NCBI GenBank assembly: GCA_965199955.1
Contig: CBDATQ010000002.1
Location: 768,001 to 832,000 of the forward strand
Origin: Spirochaetia bacterium
GTDB taxonomy: Bacteria > Spirochaetota > Spirochaetia > SZUA-6 > Bin103
DNA length: 64,000 nt
Direction of reading: 5' to 3'
Under the pieces are notes generated by a model. It had not been told where the DNA came from. It was given only the letters and a program-made list of their open reading frames with translations, and searched no databases. A program made the position numbers and the translations under genes. Shown here one piece after another: positions 20,577-30,542 of the stretch (position 1 is its first letter; every line of letters begins with the position of its first letter).

Positions 20577-20732
20577 ACGCGGTTCCAACCAGTCTGCCGG
20601 GCACCGCCGTACATCCTGAAGTGTCCGCCTGCGCGGGAGTCGTTCGCTATGGCGCGGCAATCAGGATCTGGGTCGTCACAGCTTGCTTGAAGCGTGGCCG
20701 CAAGGCTGTGGACTGTGCAAGGGGGGCACCGG

Positions 20733-21413
20733 TCAGGAGGGCTTGAGGTCGCGGCGGCCGACGACGCTGCAGATCGGGCAGTCGGCCGGCCGGTGACGGC
20801 GCGCCGGGCAGTGGGTCCGGCCAAAGATGATGATCTGCAGGTGCAGGCGGCTCCAGAGCCGCTGCGGGAAGGTGCGCTTCAGGTCGCGCTCGGTGCGCGC
20901 CACGCTGCGGCCCGGCGAGAGCCCCCAGCGGTACGCCAGGCGGTGGATGTGGGTGTCCACCGGGAAGGCGTCCGCGCCGAACGCCTGCGCCAGGACCACC
21001 TGCGCGGTCTTGGGCCCCACGCCGGGCAGCGCCTCGAGCTCCTCCTGCGTGCGTGGCACCCGGCCGCCGTGCCGTTCCAGCAGGATGCCGGAGGTCTCGC
21101 TGATGCTGCGCGCCTTGCTCGGCGCCAGCCCGCACGGCCGGATGATGTCCTCGATGGTGGCGACCGGCAGCACGGCCATCGCCGCGGGAGTGGATGCGCG
21201 GGCGAAGAGCGCCGGGGTGATCTGGTTGACCTTGGCGTCGGTGCTCTGTCCGGACAGGATCACGGCCACCAGCAAGGTGAACGGGTCACGGTGGCGGAGC
21301 GGGATCGGCACATCGCCGACCAGGTCTTCGAGCGCCTTGCCGATGAACGCGGCCTTGGCGGAACGGCTGCGCCGGTCGACGGCCGGGGCGGCCGCCAAAG
21401 TCGCTCTGGTCAT
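20733..21413 (-). CDS. nth: endonuclease III
   Basis: LLVAVILSGQSTD, HhH motif LPGVGPKTA, VDTHIHR, C-terminal Cys cluster. Confidence 0.93.
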   Translation of the reverse strand: MTRATLAAAPAVDRRSRSAKAAFIGKALEDLVGDVPIPLRHRDPFTLLVAVILSGQSTDAKVNQITPALFARASTPAAMAVLPVATIEDIIRPCGLAPSKARSISETSGILLERHGGRVPRTQEELEALPGVGPKTAQVVLAQAFGADAFPVDTHIHRLAYRWGLSPGRSVARTERDLKRTFPQRLWSRLHLQIIIFGRTHCPARRHRPADCPICSVVGRRDLKPS

Positions 21414-21460
21414 CGTGCGGGGCGGACTATAGCATCGCCCGCACGGCAGGGAGGCGAGGA

Positions 21461-21967
21461 ATGGAGACGGCGACGCTGGGCGGCGGATGTTTCTGGTGCG
21501 TGGAGGCGGTCTACCAGCGCATCTCCGGCGTGCGCCGGGTGATGTCGGGCTACGCAGCGGGCAAGCAGCGCAACCCCACCTACGAGGCCGTGTGCACGGG
21601 CCGGACCGGCCACGCCGAGGTGGTGCAGATCGAGTTCGACGAGAAGCTGCTGTCCTACGGCGACGTCCTGGAGGTGTTCTGGAAGGCGCACGACCCGACG
21701 ACCCTCAACCGCCAGGGTGCCGACGTGGGCACGCAGTACCGGTCGATCATCTGCTACCACGACGAGCGCCAGCGCGAGATCGCCGTGCGCTCCAAGGAAC
21801 AGGCGGGCGAGCGGTTTCGCAAGCCGATCGTCACCGAAATCGTGCCGCTGGAGGCGTTCTATCCGGCCGAGCGCTACCACCAGAACTATTACAACCAAAA
21901 CCGCCGCGCCGGCTATTGCCGCGTCGTGATCGCCCCCAAGCTCAGCAAGCTGGGAATGCCGTCGTAA
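21461..21967 (+). CDS. msrA: peptide-methionine (S)-S-oxide reductase
   Basis: GGGCFWC, TGHAEVVQ, DPTTLNRQGAD.GTQYRS, AERYHQNYY, YC. Confidence 0.97.
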   Translation: METATLGGGCFWCVEAVYQRISGVRRVMSGYAAGKQRNPTYEAVCTGRTGHAEVVQIEFDEKLLSYGDVLEVFWKAHDPTTLNRQGADVGTQYRSIICYHDERQREIAVRSKEQAGERFRKPIVTEIVPLEAFYPAERYHQNYYNQNRRAGYCRVVIAPKLSKLGMPS

Positions 21968-21977
21968 GAAAGTAAGG

Positions 21978-22036
21978 ACGGCGAGCACCGGAGCGCCCGC
22001 CGTCCCAACGTGGCTGAGCTGGCCCGGCCGGCTCAG
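21978..22036. terminator. two GC-rich hairpins between convergent msrA and the SBP gene
   Basis: ggacggcgagc..gcccgccgtcc and ctgagctggc..gccggctcag inverted repeats; no clear U-tract. Confidence 0.4.
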
Positions 22037-22052
22037 ACCGCCTCGGAGCCGA

Positions 22053-23867
22053 TCAGTTCGTCGGCATCGGCAGCGCGCCGGAGAGGATGTCCGCCACCAG
22101 CGGCGCCTTCTGCAGCTCGTCGATGACTTCCTGGCCGCCGTTGGCCAGCCACTGCTCGACGAACCCGGGCCATTCGGCGTCGATGTCGATCGAGCTGTCC
22201 GTCACCCACTTCCACCAGGTCTCCTCGCGGAAGGTCTGCAGGTTGCCGCCGTAGCGGGCCCAGAGCTTGACGTACTCGGTGCGGTTGAAGATGTCCTCGC
22301 GGTGGTCCCGCACGGCGATCTCCATCGGGTACGGCTCGCGCAGCATCATGGCCCAGTTGAAGCCCTGCGCCGAGTTGATGGTCGCCCCGCCGGCGGCCTC
22401 GATCGGGATCCCGGGCTTCATCTGCGGGCACTGCCAGAACAGGTCGTGCCAGCTATAGGCGGTGTAGACCAAGCTGGTGCCGTTGCTGTGCCGCTCGATG
22501 GTGGGGGTCCGCACCAACTGGGCGACGCTGCAGTCACCGGGAGTGCCGAGCCAGGCATAGTTCTGGTTTTCGGCGAACGGGCCGCCGACCCCGTAGCCGA
22601 CGGCGAGCACACCCTCGGGGTCGTGATTGATGTAGTCGTACATCTGCAGGATGCGGGCCAGCTTCTCGTCGGAGACACCGGTCTTGACGCTGAAGCCCTC
22701 GTGCGGATTGAGCACCGTGGAGCGGTTGTCCCACTGGCAGCGCATCTCACCGGTCGGGCCGTATGCCGGCAGCATGGTCACGAAGCGTGCGTCGGGCACC
22801 GCGTCCCTGCGGATGATCGTGCAGTCGTCGTTGCCGCCCGTGAAGGCCGCCAGGCCGCACGGACCGCGCGCCCACATGCCGACCAGCCCGGCACGAACCT
22901 GTTGGCGCCACTCGTTGCGGCCGACCGCCGGCAGCGCCGGGTCCAGGATGCCGTCGGCGAACCAGCGCTGCAGGATCTTCAGCGCCTCGCGCGACTGGCT
23001 GGCGATGTCGACCTTGACGGTCAGCCCGGTCTCGATGTCCAGGTAGTTGTCGACGTCGTTGAGGCCGTAGGCCCAGAACGGGACCGCCGGGCCGGAGTGG
23101 TACAGCCACTCGCGTCCCTGGAACCCGCCGTGATCGCCGATCGTCCCGTACGGGATTTCGTCACGCTGGCCGTTGCCGTTGAAGTCGGCGTCGCGGAAGC
23201 CGTACATGGCGGTTTCCATCTCGTCCCAGTCGAGGTGCCCGGCCCACCAGAAGTAGGTGTCTGGCGCCGTCGGCTCGCCAAGGTCGACCATCTCCCCGGC
23301 GCGGTCCCAGCCCGGCGCCTTGGGATCCAGCTCGGCCGGGTTGAGGCCGACCTGCTCCAGCCAGTCCAGGCGCATGATCAGGGTCGCGTCGCAGTGGTGC
23401 TGGTAATGCTCCCCGCGCGGGATGTTCATGTACTCGTCGGTGGTCCCCGGCGCCAGGCTCACGCCCCAGGCCAGCGGCCCCTGCTGGCTCCGGTAGGCGG
23501 AGTGCAGCGGCGCGTAGGTCTCGATCATCTCGCGCGGGATGTTGCGGAACGCGCCCTTGTGGTACCAGTCGACCATGTCGATCCAGGTGTAGAACGCCTC
23601 CGGATACTCACCCGAGGACATGAAGAGCTGCTTGGCTTCCTCGTCCGAGCGTGACACGCCCTTGGTCACGATGGTGACGTTGAACTTGTCCTCCAGGAAT
23701 TCCTGAACGGCGTTGTTCTCCTCGGCCATGTCCGAGGTCAGGCCGCCCCACGAGATGGTCATGTGCTCGTCGGTGGTGAACGAGAGCCGGTCGGTCTGGC
23801 CCTCCGCGAACGCCCAGCCCGCTGTCAGGAGCAGGCCGAGCGCGATGGCGAGAGACTTTCGTTGCAT
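22053..23867 (-). CDS. carbohydrate ABC transporter substrate-binding protein (family 1, LplA-like)
   Basis: Signal peptide ..AGWAFAEGQTD, RLDWLEQVG, DFNGNGQRDEIP; downstream of two sugar permeases; AAGGAG SD. Confidence 0.85.
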   Translation of the reverse strand: MQRKSLAIALGLLLTAGWAFAEGQTDRLSFTTDEHMTISWGGLTSDMAEENNAVQEFLEDKFNVTIVTKGVSRSDEEAKQLFMSSGEYPEAFYTWIDMVDWYHKGAFRNIPREMIETYAPLHSAYRSQQGPLAWGVSLAPGTTDEYMNIPRGEHYQHHCDATLIMRLDWLEQVGLNPAELDPKAPGWDRAGEMVDLGEPTAPDTYFWWAGHLDWDEMETAMYGFRDADFNGNGQRDEIPYGTIGDHGGFQGREWLYHSGPAVPFWAYGLNDVDNYLDIETGLTVKVDIASQSREALKILQRWFADGILDPALPAVGRNEWRQQVRAGLVGMWARGPCGLAAFTGGNDDCTIIRRDAVPDARFVTMLPAYGPTGEMRCQWDNRSTVLNPHEGFSVKTGVSDEKLARILQMYDYINHDPEGVLAVGYGVGGPFAENQNYAWLGTPGDCSVAQLVRTPTIERHSNGTSLVYTAYSWHDLFWQCPQMKPGIPIEAAGGATINSAQGFNWAMMLREPYPMEIAVRDHREDIFNRTEYVKLWARYGGNLQTFREETWWKWVTDSSIDIDAEWPGFVEQWLANGGQEVIDELQKAPLVADILSGALPMPTN

Positions 23868-24000
23868 GTCTTCTCCTTGTTGATCGTGCGTCGCTGATTG
23901 CGCGTCGCACGTGATCGGTCATCCCCGGCGGCGGCCCGGGCCGGGTCCGGTGTGCACGGTTAACAGTAACGGCGCGCGAATCCCCCGCGGTGATCGCGCC

Positions 24001-24924
24001 TCATCCTTTCAACGATCCCAGCATCACCCCCTTGGCGAAGTACTTCTGTATGAACGGGTAGATGAAGATGATCGGCCCGATGGTGATGACGATGGTGGCC
24101 GCCTGTACCGCCTCCGGCGGGAACGGCTCGATGTCGATGCCGGCCAGCCGCATCTGCTCCCACCAGTCCTGCAGCACGGCAACCTGCAGGTCGGCGATCA
24201 GATCGCGGATCATGAGCTGCAGCACGCGCAGGTCCTTGTCCGGCGAGTAGATCATGGCATCGAACCAGCCGTTCCAGTGTGCGACCGCGGCGAACAGTGC
24301 GATTACGGCGATCATGGGCTTGGACAGCGGCGCGATGATGCGCCACAGCACCTGCCAGTAGGAGGCGCCGTCGATCACCGCCGAATCCTCCAGCGCCTGG
24401 TCGATGGTCATCAAGAAGTTGCGGGCGATGATGATGTAGAAGACGTTGACACCGATCACGGTCGCGCTGCCGAGCGAGATGGTCAGGATCAGCCGCGTGT
24501 TGATCAGCTCGAGTCCGCGCACCAGCAGAAAGGTGGGGATCAAGCCGCCGTTGAAGAACAAGGTGAGGATGTAGATGGTGGTCAGCACCCGCCGTCCCGG
24601 AAGGTCGCGCTTGGCCAGCGCGTAGGCGCCCGTGAAGGTGACGAACAGGATCCAGGCGCTGCCCGCCACGACCCGGAAGATGGTATTGAAGTAGGCCAGC
24701 CCGACCCGCTCCTCCTCGACCGCGTAGCCCCACGCCTCGGTGCTGAACCGTCCCGGGAACAGATGGAATCCGAGCCGGTAGATGTCCTCCGCGGCGGAGA
24801 ACGACTGCACGATGATCGTCCAGAACGGGTAGATGAAGGTCAGGCTGAGCAGGAAGAAGCCGCCGTAGTTGCAGACGTCGAAGATCAGCCCGCCGACCGA
24901 CCGTTTTCCGACTACCGTAGGCAT
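24001..24924 (-). CDS. carbohydrate ABC transporter permease
   Basis: FNGGLIP, EAA loop LEDSAVIDGAS, YPFIQKYFAKG. Confidence 0.95.
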   Translation of the reverse strand: MPTVVGKRSVGGLIFDVCNYGGFFLLSLTFIYPFWTIIVQSFSAAEDIYRLGFHLFPGRFSTEAWGYAVEEERVGLAYFNTIFRVVAGSAWILFVTFTGAYALAKRDLPGRRVLTTIYILTLFFNGGLIPTFLLVRGLELINTRLILTISLGSATVIGVNVFYIIIARNFLMTIDQALEDSAVIDGASYWQVLWRIIAPLSKPMIAVIALFAAVAHWNGWFDAMIYSPDKDLRVLQLMIRDLIADLQVAVLQDWWEQMRLAGIDIEPFPPEAVQAATIVITIGPIIFIYPFIQKYFAKGVMLGSLKG

Positions 24925-24934
24925 CGGTCCGCCG

Positions 24935-25915
24935 TCACCAGACCCCGTAGGCGCCGTAGCCCAGGCGCCGCAGCACCCAGTTGGCCAACAGCAGCACGGT
25001 CAGGCCGGCGACGTTCTGAAACAGGCCCACCGCGATCGTGTAGTCGTACTGCGCCTGCACCACGCCGGCCCGGTAGATGAAGGTGCCGAAGATGTCCACC
25101 TTGTTGATCACCGAGGCGTTGGACATGTTGAAGATCTGGTCGAACTGCTCGTCGAACAGGTTGGCGACCTGCAGCAGCAGCAGGATCGTCATCACCGGCA
25201 CCAGCGCCGGCAGGGTGATGTGCAGGACCCGCTGGAAGCGGTTGGCGCCGTCGATCTCGGCCGCCTCGTACAGGTTGGGATCGGCCGAGGCCAGCGCGGC
25301 CAGGTACAGGATCGTCGCCCAGCCGACGGTCTGCCAGATGCCGGTGACCACGATCAGACCGCGGAAAGTAGGCTCGTGGGTCAGCCAGTTTATCGGCTCC
25401 AGACCGAGTTGCACGAAGATCCAGGCGATCGGACCGCGCTTCAGATTGAGGATCTGCGCGAAGATGCCGCCCAGGATCACCCAGGAGACGAAATGGGGCA
25501 GGTAGCTGACGCTCTGCACCGTCCGCTTGTACCAGGTGGCCTTCATCTCGTTGAGGAGCAACGCCATGATGATGGGGGCGGGGAAGGCGAACACGATGCG
25601 CAGCACGCTCAGCCAGACCGTGTTCAACAGCACCCGGCCGAAGAACGGGTCGGTGACCATGCGCTTGAAGTGGTCGAAGTTGTTCCAGGGGCTGCCGAGC
25701 CAGCCGTTGTGCAGGCTGAAGTCCTTGAACGCCAAGCTCAGGCCGTAGATCGGTACGTAGCGCCACAGGATCAGCATTGCGAGCGACAGCGACAGCAGCA
25801 GATAGATCGGCCGCATGCGCAGCGCCCGCGCGATGGTCTGGCGCCGGAGGATGCGCCGGTAGTCGCTCCCGGCGGCGCCACCGACCGCCCGCTCAACCGG
25901 CGCCGTGCGTGCCAT
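24935..25915 (-). CDS. carbohydrate ABC transporter permease (LplB-like)
   Basis: YLPHFVSWV, LYEAAEIDGANRFQ, AVGLFQNV. Confidence 0.95.
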   Translation of the reverse strand: MARTAPVERAVGGAAGSDYRRILRRQTIARALRMRPIYLLLSLSLAMLILWRYVPIYGLSLAFKDFSLHNGWLGSPWNNFDHFKRMVTDPFFGRVLLNTVWLSVLRIVFAFPAPIIMALLLNEMKATWYKRTVQSVSYLPHFVSWVILGGIFAQILNLKRGPIAWIFVQLGLEPINWLTHEPTFRGLIVVTGIWQTVGWATILYLAALASADPNLYEAAEIDGANRFQRVLHITLPALVPVMTILLLLQVANLFDEQFDQIFNMSNASVINKVDIFGTFIYRAGVVQAQYDYTIAVGLFQNVAGLTVLLLANWVLRRLGYGAYGVW

Positions 25916-25918
25916 GGA

Positions 25919-27061
25919 TCAGGAATTCACCTCGTGCTCGCGTATATAGTCGAAGTCGATGTCGTCCCCCAGGCCGGGGCGCTCCGGCACGTGCACGTAG
26001 CCGTCGGTGTCCAGGGGGTCGTAGTGGCTCTTTTGCCACGGAAAGGGGACCTCGAAGTCGCGCATCGGGTGCACCAGCCCGCGCTCGTAGTACTTGCCGT
26101 TGATGCCCATCGCGCACAGAACGTGCATGTTGTCCGGTCCGCCGCTGTGCACCTCCATGCGCATGCCGTAAGCCTCGGCCAGGTGGATGGTCTTCATCAT
26201 CTGCGTGATACCGCCGGAGCCGGCGGCCGCCCGCAGCATGTCACAGCCGCCTCGCTCGGCCCACTGTACACGGGTCAACGCCCCGTTCTCGGCGTGCTCG
26301 GGACCGCAGATCGCCAGGTCGTCGAGCTTGCTGCGCAGCCAGACGTAGCTGGCCAGCCGCGACTCGTTCATGGGCTCCTCGATCCAGACGTACCCCAGGC
26401 GCTGGCACTCCCGGGCCAGGTAGAGCGCCTCGTGGCGGTCGTAGTGGTGGTGGGCGTCCAGCATCAGGTCGATGTCGGGGCCGACCGCCTCGCGCACGGC
26501 CGCGCACAGCGCCGCCTCGTGCCTGACGTCGGGCTCCGGGATGATCGGCGGCATCCAGGTGTGCAGCTTGACGGCGCGGTAGCCCTGCGCGACGAGCTGC
26601 TTGGCGAACGCCGCGTACTCCTCGATCGTGCTCAGGCCGCCGGGGACGTCGTCGCCCGGCATGGTGCTCGCGTAGGCCAGCACCTTGGTGCGGGCGGCTC
26701 CGAGCATCTTGTAGACGGGGATGCCGAGCGCGCGGCCGGCCAAGTCCCACAGGGCGTTGTCGACCTGGCCGATCGCCATCTCGCCCAGGTTGGTGAGCTT
26801 GCCGATGCGCTGCATGCGCTGGTGCAGCATCTCGCGGAAGAACGGATCCTCGCCGATCAGCGCCGGCTTCAGCAGGCCCTCGACCAGCTCGGGCGTGCAG
26901 CCGCCGCAGATGAAGTAGCCCTCGGCCCCCTCGTCGGTGACCACTGTGAGCAGGCGGTTGGTAGCCCAGTGCTCGTCGCCGATGTGGGGGTGGCCCTCGT
27001 AGTCGCGGACGGTCCGGGTGCGGAAGCGGAACGTGGTCAGCTTGAGGTTGGCGATCTTCAT
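25919..27061 (-). CDS. mandelate racemase/muconate lactonizing (enolase superfamily) enzyme
   Basis: DNALWDLAGR, VKLH, LMLD, WIEEP, GPE, PERPGLG. Confidence 0.92.
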   Translation of the reverse strand: MKIANLKLTTFRFRTRTVRDYEGHPHIGDEHWATNRLLTVVTDEGAEGYFICGGCTPELVEGLLKPALIGEDPFFREMLHQRMQRIGKLTNLGEMAIGQVDNALWDLAGRALGIPVYKMLGAARTKVLAYASTMPGDDVPGGLSTIEEYAAFAKQLVAQGYRAVKLHTWMPPIIPEPDVRHEAALCAAVREAVGPDIDLMLDAHHHYDRHEALYLARECQRLGYVWIEEPMNESRLASYVWLRSKLDDLAICGPEHAENGALTRVQWAERGGCDMLRAAAGSGGITQMMKTIHLAEAYGMRMEVHSGGPDNMHVLCAMGINGKYYERGLVHPMRDFEVPFPWQKSHYDPLDTDGYVHVPERPGLGDDIDFDYIREHEVNS

Positions 27062-27077
27062 CGTCCGAGGATACACG

Positions 27078-28370
27078 TTACGGAATCTCGCGGATCGGCT
27101 CCCTCGGGTCCGTCGCGCCGCGGACGCCCACCGCCGCCCAGTGCAGGGTCGGCGCCACGATCAGGGCGGCCATGGCCCACAGGGCGGCCGGGATCGACGC
27201 CCACTCCAGCACCGCGCCCACGCCGGCCGAGCCTGCGGCGCCCAGCAGGGTGAGCGCGGCGTGCTCGGTGGCGATCACCCGGCCGCGCAGCTCCTCCGGC
27301 ACGGTCTCCAGCAGGAGCTGGGTGCTGAATACCCAGACCAGGCCGCCGCCGACCCCGCGCAGGGTGGAGCCTGCCAGCACCAGCGCGAAGCTGGCTAGCG
27401 GCGCGGCCAGCGCCAGGGCCGCGATCATGGCCGCGTAGCCGGCGAGCATCGTCAGCCGCATGGCGCGCTGGTCGTCCCCGATCAGCCAGCGCGCCACCAC
27501 CGGGCTGAGGCCGGAACCAACTCCGCCGGCGGCGAACAGCAGGCCTAGCGCGATCCCATCGCCCTGTCCGACGGCGATCGCGGTGCCGGCGATCGCGACG
27601 CTCGCGACCTGGAACCCGGAGAAGAAAAACAGCAGGAAGCCTTTCTGAAGCGCCACGGCCAGCACGTGCTGCTGCCGCCACAGGTAGCGCAGCCCGTCGG
27701 CATACGCGCTGGCGCCGGCGCGCACGGCCGACCCCACGCGCGTCGGCTGGCCGCCGGGGGCGGCGGAACGTTTCGGGGGCGTGTACGGCATGCGTACCAG
27801 CAGCACGGCGGGCACGTAGGTGGCGGCGTCCACGATGAACGCCGCCTGGATGCCGAACAGCCCGGCGAACACGCCGCCGGCCGCTGCGCCGACCGTCATC
27901 AGCGTCGACCATGTCACCGAGGTGAGCGCGTTCGCCGCGCCCAGCATGCGGCGGGTCGCGACTTCCGGCAGGATCGCCACCCGCACCGGATAGAACACCC
28001 CGCTGATGCCCACCTGGACCGCGGTCAGCACGAACAGCAGCCATATCTGACCCGGTGTGCGGACCAGCAGGAAGCCCAGCACCACGGCGGCGCGCAGCAG
28101 GTCGGTGACGATCAGGATGCGCTTGCGGTTGAAGCGGTCGCCGAGCACACCGGCCAGGGAGCTGGACAGGAAGGCGCCGAGCATGCGGATGGCGAACAGG
28201 GCGCCGACCGCCGCGCCGGCACCGGTGAGCTGCGCCAGCAGCGACGCTGACGCGATGGTGTTGAACCAGTCGCCGAACAGGCTGGCGATCTGGGCGAACC
28301 ACAGCAGGCGGAACGCTCGATTGGTGCGCAGCAGCTCCCCGTAGCCGCCCGTCCCGGTCCGACGCGACAT
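27078..28370 (-). CDS. MFS transporter
   Basis: FRLLWFAQIASLFGDWF, GVLGDRFNRKRIL, PEELRGRV; about 12 TM segments. Confidence 0.92.
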   Translation of the reverse strand: MSRRTGTGGYGELLRTNRAFRLLWFAQIASLFGDWFNTIASASLLAQLTGAGAAVGALFAIRMLGAFLSSSLAGVLGDRFNRKRILIVTDLLRAAVVLGFLLVRTPGQIWLLFVLTAVQVGISGVFYPVRVAILPEVATRRMLGAANALTSVTWSTLMTVGAAAGGVFAGLFGIQAAFIVDAATYVPAVLLVRMPYTPPKRSAAPGGQPTRVGSAVRAGASAYADGLRYLWRQQHVLAVALQKGFLLFFFSGFQVASVAIAGTAIAVGQGDGIALGLLFAAGGVGSGLSPVVARWLIGDDQRAMRLTMLAGYAAMIAALALAAPLASFALVLAGSTLRGVGGGLVWVFSTQLLLETVPEELRGRVIATEHAALTLLGAAGSAGVGAVLEWASIPAALWAMAALIVAPTLHWAAVGVRGATDPREPIREIP

Positions 28371-28444
28371 GCGGGCGATCCTAACGGTCGCGGCCATGCT
28401 TCGTGCGAGCGCCGGCGCCGGTTAGGATCCGCGGCCAGGAAACG

Positions 28445-29113
28445 ATGACCCTGCGCGCACTGATCTTCGACTTCGACGGCCTGATCGTCGATACCGAGTC
28501 CTCTTCTCTGGCGGCGGTCCAGGAGGCGTACCGCCGCCACGGCCACGACCTTCCGCCGGAGCTCTGGCAGCGCTGCGTGGGATCCATCGTCGATCCGTAC
28601 GATCACCTGCAGCGGCTCGTCGGTCCCGGGGTGGACCTCACGCCGGTGCGGGAAGAGGTGCGTGTGCGCAAGCATGCCGCCGACGAACGCCTTGGACCGT
28701 GCGCGGGCGTGACGGAGCTGATCGACGCGGCGGTCGCGTCGGGACTGCGGCTGGCGGTGGCGTCGTCGTCTTCGCGCCGCTGGGTCGAGGGCCACCTGGA
28801 GCGCATCGGCGCACTGGAGCCCTTCCACGCGATCCGCTGCCGCGACCACGTCCGGCAGACCAAGCCGGCGCCGGACGTCTACCTGGCCGCGCTCGACGGC
28901 ATCGGCGTGAGCGCGTCGCAGGCGGTCGCGTTCGAGGACTCCCCGAACGGGTCGCAGGCGGCCAAGGCGGCCGGCATCTACACGGTGGTGGTGCCCAATC
29001 GGGTCACGCGCGGCTGGGCATTCGATCACGCCGACCGGGTGATCGACTCGCTGGCGGGCGTGACGCTCCAGGCGGTGAGTGGCTGGCATGCCGCCGCCTC
29101 CGCGCCGGCGTAG
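28445..29113 (+). CDS. HAD family phosphatase
   Basis: FDFDGLIVDTE, VASSS, KPAPDVY, FEDSPNG. Confidence 0.93.
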   Translation: MTLRALIFDFDGLIVDTESSSLAAVQEAYRRHGHDLPPELWQRCVGSIVDPYDHLQRLVGPGVDLTPVREEVRVRKHAADERLGPCAGVTELIDAAVASGLRLAVASSSSRRWVEGHLERIGALEPFHAIRCRDHVRQTKPAPDVYLAALDGIGVSASQAVAFEDSPNGSQAAKAAGIYTVVVPNRVTRGWAFDHADRVIDSLAGVTLQAVSGWHAAASAPA

Positions 29114-29119
29114 GAGCCG

Positions 29120-30238
29120 ATGACGAGCGAAGGCGACGCGCTTGCGGCGCTGGCCGTGCCCCCTCCGGTGCGGCCGATGCTTGCCAAGGCCATGCACGCC
29201 CTGCCCTGCAGCCATGACTGGATCTTCGAGCCCAAGTGGGACGGCTTCCGGACCCTGGTGTTCCGTTCCGGCGATGAGCTGCTGCTGCAGAGCCGCGACC
29301 TGAAGCCGATGAACCGCTACTTTCCCGAGCTCCTGGAGCCGCTGGCCGCGCAGCTCCCGCAGCGCTGCGTGCTGGACGGCGAGGTGGTGGTCGCCACCGA
29401 TTCCGGGCTCGACTTCGAGGCGCTGCAGCAGCGCATCCACCCGGCCGCTTCGCGCGTGGCCATGCTGGCCGAGCGCACGCCGGCCGCGTTCGTGGCGTTC
29501 GATCTGCTGGTCGCCGCCGACGTCGATCTGGCAGCGGCCGGCTTCGCCGAGCGGCGCGAGGCGCTGGAGGGAGTCATGGCCGGCTGTGCGCCGCCGCTGC
29601 ACCTCACGCCCATGACGCGGGACCGGGCGGCCGCGCAGGACTGGTTCGAGCGCTTCGAGGGCGCCGGACTGGACGGCGTGATAGCCAAAGCCCCGGCGGG
29701 CCGGTACCAGCCTGGCAAGCGCTCGATGATCAAGGTGAAGCCCAAGCGGACCGTGGACTGCGTGGTGGCCGGACTGCGCTGGCACAAGAAGGGGCCGGGC
29801 ACCATGGTCGGATCGCTGCTGCTCGGGCTGTACGACGAGCAGGGAAGGCTCCATCACGTGGGGGTCGCGGCCAGCTTCCGCGAGTCCTACCGGCGCGAGC
29901 TGGTCGCGGAGCTGGCGCCGCTGCGCGACGGCATCGACGGCCATCCCTGGCACGGCTGGATCGAGGCCGTCGGCGCGGCCGAGGGCCGGCCCGGACGGGT
30001 GCCGGCCGGTCGCAGACCGGGCGGCATGAGCCGGTGGAGCCAGGGCAAGGACCAGAGCTGGGTGCCGCTACGGGCCGAGCGGGTGGTCGAGGTCACGTAC
30101 GATCATATGCAGGGCAGCCGCTTCCGGCACACCGCCCATCTCGTGCGCTGGCGCTGCGACAAGGACCCGCGCGAGTGTACGTACGAGCAGCTCGCGGTCA
30201 CCCCGCCGGTGGAGTTGAGCACGATCTTCAGGGCATAG
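29120..30238 (+). CDS. ligC: ATP-dependent DNA ligase, LigC type
   Basis: EPKWDGFR, LDGEVV, FVAFDLL, DGVIAK, IKVK, GSLLLGLYD, RFRH; minimal NTase+OB architecture. Confidence 0.9.
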   Translation: MTSEGDALAALAVPPPVRPMLAKAMHALPCSHDWIFEPKWDGFRTLVFRSGDELLLQSRDLKPMNRYFPELLEPLAAQLPQRCVLDGEVVVATDSGLDFEALQQRIHPAASRVAMLAERTPAAFVAFDLLVAADVDLAAAGFAERREALEGVMAGCAPPLHLTPMTRDRAAAQDWFERFEGAGLDGVIAKAPAGRYQPGKRSMIKVKPKRTVDCVVAGLRWHKKGPGTMVGSLLLGLYDEQGRLHHVGVAASFRESYRRELVAELAPLRDGIDGHPWHGWIEAVGAAEGRPGRVPAGRRPGGMSRWSQGKDQSWVPLRAERVVEVTYDHMQGSRFRHTAHLVRWRCDKDPRECTYEQLAVTPPVELSTIFRA

Positions 30239-30285
30239 CTGGGGGCTGCCATCAGTCGCGTCCACGAGCGATGGCGCACTTGGAG

Positions 30286-30517
30286 TCACCCGGTTCGGCG
30301 CGAATCCCCACCACGCTGACGCCGAACCCACTCGGCTGGATCCGCGTCCCACTCGTGCCCTGTGTCGGCGAGCGCGGCTTCGGTGTCGTCCCAACGCCGC
30401 TCATTCTCCAGAGCTCGCCTGATCACCTGCGCAATGGAACGCGCTGCGCCGTCGCGGGCCGGCTCGGCGGTCGAGCTCGGCTACCAAGTTGTCGTCCAGC
30501 GTTATGCGCAAGCGCAT
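30286..30517 (-). pseudogene. ribbon-helix-helix (CopG/VapB-like) antitoxin, frameshifted
   Basis: MRLRITLDDNLVAELDRRAGPRRRSAF, frameshift near 30436, then IAQVIRRALENERRW..EWDADPAEWVRRQR; no intact toxin. Confidence 0.65.
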
Positions 30518-30542
30518 GGTCAGCGGCAGCGCACAGAGCAAC

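Noticed and set aside
24869..27253. Very long alternative-frame/antisense ORFs (794 aa here; also 39999-42209, 37113-38984, 28112-29953)
   Set aside because: They overlap well-supported genes and have Arg/Gly/Ala-rich or antisense-type composition expected in high-GC DNA; only the 3' part of 39999-42209 is a real gene.
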